Shown in pieces: positions 1 to 8,200 of a stretch of 12,909 nucleotides of DNA (positions are counted from its first letter, which is position 1; each line of letters begins with the position of its first letter). The position numbers and the translations under genes are program-made. This DNA comes from Salpingoeca rosetta. Lineage: Eukaryota; Protista; Choanoflagellata. The DNA is taken from the NCBI GenBank assembly GCA_033442325.1, contig JAWQFM010000018.1, positions 1,063,196-1,076,104 of the forward strand, given 5' to 3'. The notes under the pieces were generated by a model. That model was given only the letters and a program-made list of their open reading frames with translations, did no database searches and was not told the origin of the DNA.

Positions 1-1356
1 GACAAATCCATCACCGCCGCAGTTGATGCGCAGGATGCTTGTGCCTGTTCGGCAGTGTGCCCTCAACTGTCGTGGTAGTCGTTGTGGTGGTGGTTGTGGT
101 GGTGGTTGTGGTAGTCGTTGTGGTGGTCGTGGTGGTGGTTGTTGTGGTTGTGGTGGTTGTGGTGGTCGTCGTTGTGGTGGTGGTGGTGAACTCCTTCATC
201 AGGATAAGCTCAATGCCGCTGATAAAGGGCTGACGCACCTCACGCCCAAACGACACACTGATGGTCGCTGGCTCCTCCACAGACACCACCTCGATCACAG
301 GGTGCACGCGGAACGTACCAACCTCCGCAATCACATCGAGGTTCTCCTCCACAACAGCACCGTCGACCACCACGTCAAACACGCGGTCACCAACAGAGTC
401 CCAGTACTTCTCCACAAAGTACAAAACAATGCCATACTGCCCGGGCGTGTCCACCGGCAGTGTGTACTCCAGGTCAAATGGGCTGGGGGAGGACCGCTCT
501 GTGACGAGCATGGCGGTAGAGAGCCCCGGGTAGCTGGATGCCACAGGCCCGTCGTTGCGCGTACGTGTTTGATGCGCCCGTGTAGTATCCTTCGTCAGCC
601 ACCCACGTCAGGCCAGAGTCGGCATCGACAAATCCATCACCGCCGCAGTTGATGCGCAGGATGCTTGTGCCTGTTCGGCAGTGTGCCCTCAACTGTCGTG
701 GTAGTCGTTGTGGTGGTGGTTGTGGTGGTGGTTGTGGTAGTCGTTGTGGTGGTCGTGGTGGTGGTTGTTGTGGTTGTGGTGGTTGTGGTGGTCGTCGTTG
801 TGGTGGTGGTGGTGAACTCCTTCATCAGGATAAGCTCAATGCCGCTGATAAAGGGCTGACGCACCTCACGCCCAAACGACACACTGATGGTCGCTGGCTC
901 CTCCACAGACACCACCTCGATCACAGGGTGCACGCGGAACGTACCAACCTCCGCAATCACATCGAGGTTCTCCTCCACAACAGCACCGTCGACCACCACG
1001 TCAAACACGCGGTCACCAACAGAGTCCCAGTACTTCTCCACAAAGTACAAAACAATGCCATACTGCCCGGGCGTGTCCACCGGCAGTGTGTACTCCAGGT
1101 CAAATGGGCTGGGGGAGGACCGCTCTGTGATGAGCATGGCGGTAGAGAGCCCCGGGTAGCTGGATGCCACAGGTCCGTCGTTGGCGTACGTGTTTGATGC
1201 GCCCGTGTAGTATCCTTCGTCAGCCACCCACGTCAGGCCAGAGTCGGCATCGACAAATCCATCACCGCCGCAGTTGATGCGCAGGATGCTTGTGCCGTTC
1301 GGCAGTGTGCCCTCAACTGTCGTGGTAGTCGTTGTGGTGGTGGTTGTGGTGGTGGT
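1..1356. repeat. Tandem coding repeat, 624-bp (208-codon) unit of malectin domain + Thr40; at least 2.2 copies
   Basis: GACAAATCCATCACCGCCGCAGTTG recurs at 1, 627 and 1252 (periods 626 and 625, i.e. 624 plus insertions). I saw only two substitutions between copies (505/1131 and 548/1174). The Thr40 runs at 68-187 and 694-813 are identical. Confidence 0.95.
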
Positions 1357-2064
1357 ATCGAGCGTCGTTTGTTTGTTCGTCGTGGTGGTGGTGGTTGTGG
1401 TTGTTGTTGTGGTTGTATCGAGTGTCGCCGTTGTCGTAGTCGTTGTTGTAGTGGTCGTAGTGCCGGCTGTGGTTCCGGATGGTGTTGTTGCTGACTCGTA
1501 CACCGCTATACCACTAATTGCCGGCTGCCCTCGTCGTTTGATCTTTCTGAAGCTGAGGACGAGCTGGCTGTTTTGGCACTGCGCCACCACACGCGTGATG
1601 GCTGGCTTGTAAGCACCTCCGGCCTCCGCCACGATGTCGTAAGCGCTTAAGACAACCTCATCGTTGATGACGACGTCGAATTCTCGCCTGCCCTCGGCGT
1701 CGTAGTAGACTTCAGCAAAGTGAAGGTCGAGCACTGCCACACCATTGCCGCAAGCTTGGCTGAGGTCGTATGCGAGATCAAAATCACCAGCTTCATTCTT
1801 GTCGGCGTATCTGTGCGTGTTGAAGATAGGGAGAAGCGCCTCGTTGGCACCGTCAAGAGGAGCTGTCGGTCCGTCTGGGTTGGTGTACGTGCCTGAAGTG
1901 CCACTCACGAAGCTGCTGTCTGACAGCCAAGTGTGTGCATCTGCCGTGGTCTCATCTCCGCCACAGTTCAAGAAGAGCTTCGGCTCCAGTGCATGTGCGG
2001 TGGTGGACAGGGCGACGATGACGACCAGGAACAGGGCGAGGGCTGGAGTGCCTCGCCCGTGCAT
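1..2064 (-). CDS. Secreted multi-malectin-domain protein with Thr-rich mucin-like linkers; 3' end lies beyond the left edge; frameshifted as assembled (uninterrupted frame 2064..637)
   Basis: ATG 2064 begins a signal peptide, MHGRGTPALALFLVVIVALSTTAHA/LEPK. Domain 1 (about 1980-1498) has malectin motifs LNCGG...W..D...THRY...LHFAEVYY...RREFDVVIN...DIVAEAGG...PAISGI. The repeated domain has INCGG...WVAD...TERS...LYFVEKYW...RVFDVVVDG...LDVIAEVG...PFISGIEL. Removing +1 insertions at 672, 558 and 46 restores one continuous frame. Confidence 0.88.
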
Positions 2065-2827
2065 GGCTGGTGATTGTCTTTTGCTGCTGTGCGCGTGTGT
2101 GAAGTAAGCCGTTCCGCTGCTGATAACCACTTGACGGACAAGTTGGCGCGAAAGCGCGAACGAACAAACCAAGACAAAAACGCACACACAGGAGTTGGCA
2201 AGCACAGTGCAGAGATGTGTGTGAGTGTTGTTGCCGGGGCCAGCTCGAGGATAATGGGCGGGTTGAGGAGTTGGCCATTCAACAGGCATGTGCATAGAAG
2301 CAGGGCGGCTGAAACTGGTATGTGCCTTGTGGGCGTGTAGGGTCGCGTGCTGGCGTGGTGTGATGTGACCTTCCTTACCGCGTATCTCTGGCTCTGCAGG
2401 GTGGGGCTGTGCCTTCATTCAGTTGAGTGTGGGTTTGTGGAGAGCGATTTCGTCTATCAATGGGTGAAAGGGTCAGGTGGTGACGCCCGAGCTCTTGAGC
2501 AGGAAATTTCGCTATGGTCTGAACAAAGCACTGCACCTTTTGTTTTCCAACACGATTGGTTGTTTTCTGGGTGAGAAAATTCACCTGGCACGAGCGTTAA
2601 CCCCACACGTCATCCTGCATTGCCTGTGTACGTCACCATTTCCCCACAGCAGAGCCAAGCCACAAAGGCAACAACAACAGCACGACAGCAGCACGACAGC
2701 AGCAGCAGCAGTCGCGCCGCCCTTGCGCCACAACTCCAAAACAGCAGCAAAGCAGCGAGAGGACGCAACGTCGTTGCCCTGCAGCCAGCGTCACACGTCA
2801 CGAGCCCGCGCGCCATCAAGTACAGGC
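2065..2827. promoter_or_regulatory. Divergent intergenic region (putative bidirectional promoter and 5'UTRs) with clustered CRE half-sites
   Basis: Lies between head-to-head ATGs at 2064 (-) and 2828 (+). TGACG/CGTCA occurs at 2481, 2608, 2631, 2789 and 2796. Confidence 0.5.
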
Positions 2828-3970
2828 ATGGAGCCACCAGTCGGGCTTTCTCGTGGTGCTGATGGCGGACAGCAGGCTGATCTGTCGCACCAAAGCAACA
2901 ACCAACAGAAGTCCGCCAAACGAGAGCAGCAGGGTCCGAAACCAGCAAGGCACGGAGCGGCTTTTCCGCAGAGAGCCGGGCAGTCTGCTCGTGAGCAATT
3001 TGGTGTCATGGATGGAGCAGCAGCGACGTCACTGAGCTCGTTTCTCCAGCAGCAACCATCCCTCGGGTCCATTTTAGACCACCTGGGTGGCGGGCTCTCC
3101 CAAGTGCCCCTCCGCGGCGGGGGCAATGCACTCTCGGGTGCACTCGGTCTGCCTGGGAGCTCCTCAGGGCTGGCGAGCGCAACGCGCACTCCCGAAGACA
3201 GGCTGACTCCAGGGGGGATTTTGTCTGGCCAGCAAAGCACAGGACTCACGCTGGAGAACAACTCGCCGGCTCCAGGCACTGCCCCAAGCGTATCGACGCC
3301 CTCACTGCTTCAATTGTTTCTCCAGCAGCACCTCCAGTTCCCTTGCCTTTCGAATTCCTCGAACATGTCCATGCGAACACCAGGCCCAGCCCAACTTCAA
3401 TCACAACAGCAACACCAACATCAAAACCACCACCAGCAACAGCATCAGCAACAGCAGCTTCCCGACTTGCAGCAGTTCCATGACTGCGCGCCGTTCCAGG
3501 CGCTGCAGCAGCAACACGACACACAGCAACTGTTTGCATCGGGCTTGCCCATGCAATGGCAACAACAGTTGGCAGCATCGCAGCAACTCGGCTTGGACAT
3601 GAGCCAGAATCAGCAAGTCTCGTTTCTACGTCCGCAGCAGCAGCAGCAGCAGCGCTCGCAAAAGACACCCCATCTCTTTGGTGAGGCAAGTGCGAGGATG
3701 CCGGATGCAGGCCTCATGCGTGGCCGCAGCGACGCCAACACTGCAGACGGTGGGAGAGGCAGAGTTAGGGTAAAGGGGAGCAGGAACGCGCAACCGTCGT
3801 CCACACGTGCAGCGCACAATGGCGGATCAGTGTCATCGTCGACCAGTCAGAGAGGCCAAAGCATGCAGCGCACCGGGTCGAGTGTGGGGGATCTGTCAAT
3901 TTCTGGGGGAACTGACCTTCTTCAAGCAACTGCGTCGCTCGCGTCGCTAGCGTCGCTGAGTTCCATGCCG
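2828..3970 (+). CDS. bZIP exon 1 (Q/S-rich low-complexity putative activation region)
   Basis: Within ORF 2477..4030; poly-Q/H tracts; GTGAGC donor at 3971. Confidence 0.75.
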
Positions 3971-4700
3971 GTGAGCGCCGATGATATGCCCATGTTCCAT
4001 GCTGTTTCCCATTGTCTCTGCTGGCATTAATTTATGTGCTGTGTCTTGCCTCTGCTGACGAAGCACCATGATCTTGTGACCGTGCTTATGCCGTCGTTGT
4101 TTGTAGGCGACCAAACCCGATAACCCGGGGAAGCGAGCAAAACTGACCAACGTATGTCAGTGGTAGTGGTTCTAGCGGTGGTGGGTGTTATCGTGCATGA
4201 GTAGTGTCTTGTCGAATGTGCGCGCTGGTGCAGGTGTTGCCTGAAGAGGCTACGAGGGATTGTACCACACACACAAGCACATGTACACCAAGGGAGATGA
4301 GACGATTGGAACGATATGGGGCTACCGCCGCGTTTAACTCACCAGTTGCATGCCCGCTCCTGCTTTCGCTGTGTGATGGTTGCACCAGGCGACCGGTGGC
4401 AGTGACCCAGGCGAACAAGACGAAGAGCCCAGAAGCCCAGAAACTGAGGAAGAACGACGCAAGCGTCGCCTGGAGAAGAATCGACAAGCAGCCAAGGCAA
4501 GTCGCATGAAGAAGAAAGCCTATGTCCACGACCTCGAGGTGCGAGTGAAGCAGCTAGCACAGGCCAATGCCAGGCTTTCACGCGACATGAAGCAGCTGCG
4601 AGAACAAAATAGCAAGCTCGAAAAGGAAAACAAAGAGTTGCGGGAACTTGCTGCCCAACAGCACAACAAGGAGGACGACGACGACGTTTCTGGAAAATGA
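2828..4700 (+). CDS. Gln/Ser-rich bZIP transcription factor (CREB/ATF-like), join(2828..3970,4107..4151,4389..4700), about 499 aa
   Basis: Basic region RKRRLEKNRQAAKASRMKKKAYVHDLE has the N-x7-R signature and is followed by six heptad leucines. Splice sites CCG/gtgagc (3971), ttgtag/GCG (4107), AAC/gtatgt (4152) and caccag/GCG (4389) are all phase 0. TGA at 4698-4700. The start codon (2828 vs 3008) is uncertain. Confidence 0.85.
4107..4151 (+). CDS. bZIP exon 2, 45-nt micro-exon ATKPDNPGKRAKLTN
   Basis: ttgtttgtag acceptor and gtatgt donor; phase 0-0; no stop. Confidence 0.6.
4389..4700 (+). CDS. bZIP exon 3 (basic region + leucine zipper, stop)
   Basis: ORF 4380..4700 translation; cag acceptor at 4386-4388. 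Confidence 0.92.
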   Translation, partial: ATGGSDPGEQDEEPRSPETEEERRKRRLEKNRQAAKASRMKKKAYVHDLEVRVKQLAQANARLSRDMKQLREQNSKLEKENKELRELAAQQHNKEDDDDVSGK

Positions 4701-4706
4701 GCGAGC

Positions 4707-4710
<4 letters not shown>

Positions 4711-4794
<84 letters not shown>
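4711..4794. repeat. (TG)42 microsatellite
   Basis: Perfect dinucleotide run starting 10 nt after the bZIP stop. Confidence 0.97.
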
Positions 4795-4796
<2 letters not shown>

Positions 4797-4935
4797 CCAT
4801 CTCTGATAATCGTTTCGAATGGCATCTTAGGTAGCAGTGTCGGCTAGTCTGAAGCGAGAAGATAAATGGTTCATTGTATGCGTTGATACAATTCGTGGGG
4901 TTGGGTTGGGAAAGGGAGTGGAGGCAGGGCTGACC

Positions 4936-5132
<197 letters not shown>

Positions 5133-5191
5133 GTGTGTGTGTATGTGTTTGTGTGCGTGTGTTGTGTGTAGGTGTGTCATGGGAGGCGTGC

Positions 5192-5275
5192 CTATTTGAG
5201 CCACGGTCGGGCGGCCGTATACGCCTCAAACCCTTCTTGTTGTCCAATCTCTCGCTTCTCCTTGGCTTTGTGATG
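5192..5275 (-). CDS. formin terminal exon HHKAKEKREIGQQEGFEAYTAARPWLK*
   Basis: ctttcag acceptor; TAG at 5194-5192. Confidence 0.7.
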   Translation of the reverse strand, partial: HHKAKEKREIGQQEGFEAYTAARPWLK

Positions 5276-8200
5276 CTGAAAGCCGAGCAATAACACAGAG
5301 ACCCAAAGGCGAGTTGAACACGCAAGCTGCGCGTGAGCACGTTTCCGAATGCAAGCTCGTGCGTGTGTGTACGTATGTGTGCATGTATGAATGCAAGCTC
5401 GTGCATGTGTGTGTGTGTGTGTACGTGTGTGTGTATGTGCAGACCTCGAGGCCTGGGCGCCGGAAGCCAACGGTGCGCATGTCGGTGATGATTTGATCGA
5501 TGTCGCCATCGCCAACTTCCGAGCGGAGCTGTCAGGCACAGTTGACGCGAGCACACAGACATGGATCGCAACCGATGATCAACAGTCAGCAGGGTGGTCT
5601 CAGCAGCCAGTTCACAAGCAACAGCAACGGCAGCAGACACGATATGAGCCACATCGAGGAACAAAGGGGACGGAAGACCGACGGTGAATCCAAGCCAGAA
5701 CGCGCACCAACACCAACACCAACACACACACACACATGTACACGCCATGACCACCACGATGAGGACGTGAGCCAATACACACCCCAACAGTGCGCAGCTT
5801 TGGTGCGTTGTCGCCCACGATCTCCATGTATCCTTGTGGTTTACGTGTATCTGCGGGCTCCTCCTCCTCCTCTGCCGCCGCCAGCAGTTGGTCGCTTCGT
5901 TTCCGCGCCGCTTCCTCAAGCAGCCGCTGGCGCTCTGCATTCTCCTCCACGGCACGCTTGGAACACAGGCAGAGAGATAGGTAGGCAGGAAGGTAGGCAG
6001 GAACACACACACACACACACACACGCACACACACAGACACACAGACACACACGCACAGACACACACGCGCGCGCACGCACAAAGAAGAATGTCAGGCAGA
6101 CAGAGAGACACATTCACGCATACAGACACGGTACACCAATGTAGATTGCACAGAAATGTGAGACCAGTGATGAAGGCGACTTCAACGCGTGCATGATAAG
6201 GTGTGATGATGGATGTGTAGCAAACCGTGATGGTGTATGTGTTGCGAACCTCAAAGTAGCGGCGAAGGCGAATGAAGAGGCCAAACAGCACGCTCGGCTC
6301 GGTCGCAACATCCTCTGCAAAGTATTTCGTGACGCGGGAGTACGACGCCTTGGCTCGGTTGAAGATCTCACGCGCAGCATCGATGCTGTGTTCACACACA
6401 CATGTTGGGAGGGGGTAGATGTGAGAGCGTCGTAGCGATACAGAGCAGCGACAAGGCAAAACCAGATGGCGAATAAACACGACTTGTTCGGAGCACAGAT
6501 CGACAGCGACACACATTCCAGTGTGTGTGTGTGTTTGGAGGGGGGGGGGGGCAAGCGGAACGGTGGGCGTGGGCAGAGGCAGTGGGTACACCCAATGCAC
6601 AGTCACAGGCATACACCCACACAGGCGGAATGGCAGAATGGCAGAATGGCGGGTGTCAATACGGACGAACGCATCACGCTCCAAGAGGAGGAGATGGTGG
6701 TGGTGGTGGTGGTGGTGGTGGTGGTGATAGCGAGAAGGGGAGCACCCACCGGGGCATGACGGCGTCTCTGAAGTTGAGGAGTGTTGGGTGTGTGGCGTCG
6801 ACTTCCAGCTCAGCAGTGACCGCTGTTGCTGTGCGTTCGAGAGAGACAACATCTGCCTCCATCGATGCAAGCGACACTGCCGGCAAAGAACACACGGACG
6901 AGGCAGGTGTTGGGATGGCCCGAGGGGAGAGGGGAGAAGAGGAGATGAGAGCGTGGTGGTGGGAGACAGAGGCAGGAAAAGTCAGAGCAACGAGAGGTGA
7001 CGACAACAGACAAAAACCGCACATGTGTATATTTGTGTGTTTGTGTGTAGTACATGTGTGTATGTGTGTATACGTGTGTGTATGTGTGTGTGCATGTGTA
7101 TGTGCATGCACCTGCTGCAGCCTTGTCAAGGGCGACGAGGTCGTTCTGGAAATTGCGCACGTCCGGGAATTTGTGCATGACGACGTCCGCCACAAAGTTC
7201 ATCAGGTTTTGGCTGCGGTCGCGTGAGCGAATATCAAGCAGCTGTTGGAGTGGCAAATGTGCGGGTGTGTATTGATTGTGGGGTGAAGGTGGATGTGGGA
7301 GGCACATGTGAGCGGGCGCAGGGGAGATTTCCACGCGAGTACGCGTGATGACAGACGAGAGCAGTGTCCGACTGCCAAGAGAGAGCAAGAGACACGCACA
7401 CATACACACATACACACACACACACTGACAAACAGACAGTCAAACGAACGAACGAACAAACAAACAAACGAACGAACAAACAAACAAGTAAGCATGTGGT
7501 TGTGCTGATACGGCAAGCTGTTGCGTACGCGGTCAAATGCGCTGAGTTTGAAGCCGTAGGCACAGCCACGGCGCTGGCTGTTGAGGTAGTTGCCAAAGGC
7601 AAGAATGATCTGCATGTGCACGGACGTAAATGTGTGCACGCACAGAGCGCCCATGAGCTACAAACACACGCTTAGAGAGCCATGAACAAGCAAACATTCA
7701 CGCACACTCACGCACATGTGAAGTCCAAAAACGAGCGCAAGTGCACGGTCATACACACACGTGAGCACAAACCTCCAGCAGTTTCTTGATTTTCTTGCTT
7801 GCAAGCAATGACTCGCTTGCAGCAACAATGACATCCGCGTTCTATGACAACAACGAAAACGGCGACGGCGATGACAAGAAGAAAGATGAGGAAGTTGCGA
7901 TGACACAGGCAACGTGAACAATGCACAGCGTTCAGCACTCATGCAGGGTGCATGTGCGTGTACATGCGCAGGCCATGCACACAAGAGCAGAGTCAGGGTC
8001 AAACAAGCGCACACGAGCACGTTGTTTGTTTGTGATTTGTCGTGCGTATCTGCGCTTGCGTCTTGCGTGCTTGTGCTTGTGTATGTGTATGTGTGATTGT
8101 GCGTGTGGTTTTGTGTGTGTATGTGGGTGTGTGTGCGCGCGCGCGTGTGTGTGGAAAATGCAAGCTTGAGGGTGCGTACCGGCTTGATAGTTTCAAGGGC

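Noticed and set aside
665-700. The insertion creates CAG/G on the minus strand, a possible splice acceptor that could rescue the frame
   Set aside because: There is no pyrimidine tract or obvious matching donor, and it would not fix the insertion at 558.
23-1612. Plus-strand ORFs with poly-Val or Gly/Cys-rich (GGCGGG) translations
   Set aside because: They are antisense shadows of the poly-Thr codons of the malectin gene.
2065-2418. 118-aa N-terminal extension of the malectin ORF from ATG 2418
   Set aside because: The composition looks non-coding, and a clean signal peptide starts at Met 2064.
2477-2827. Open frame upstream of the bZIP ATG (GTG start)
   Set aside because: There is no ATG, and CAG/CAA-rich low-complexity DNA stays open by chance. 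A non-AUG extension cannot be supported from sequence alone.
4234-4360. Possible extra bZIP exon after tgcag at 4233
   Set aside because: No convincing donor, and read-through would be out of frame with the bZIP exon.
4640-4700. XBP1/HAC1-type IRE1 unconventional intron after the bZIP
   Set aside because: I see no paired CNG/CNG stem-loops and no downstream alternative ORF; the stop is followed by (TG)n.
5347-5404. 16-bp direct repeat GAATGCAAGCTCGTGC, 42 bp apart
   Set aside because: A local slippage duplication in a TG-rich intron. There are only two copies, so it is neither CRISPR-like nor a transposon end.
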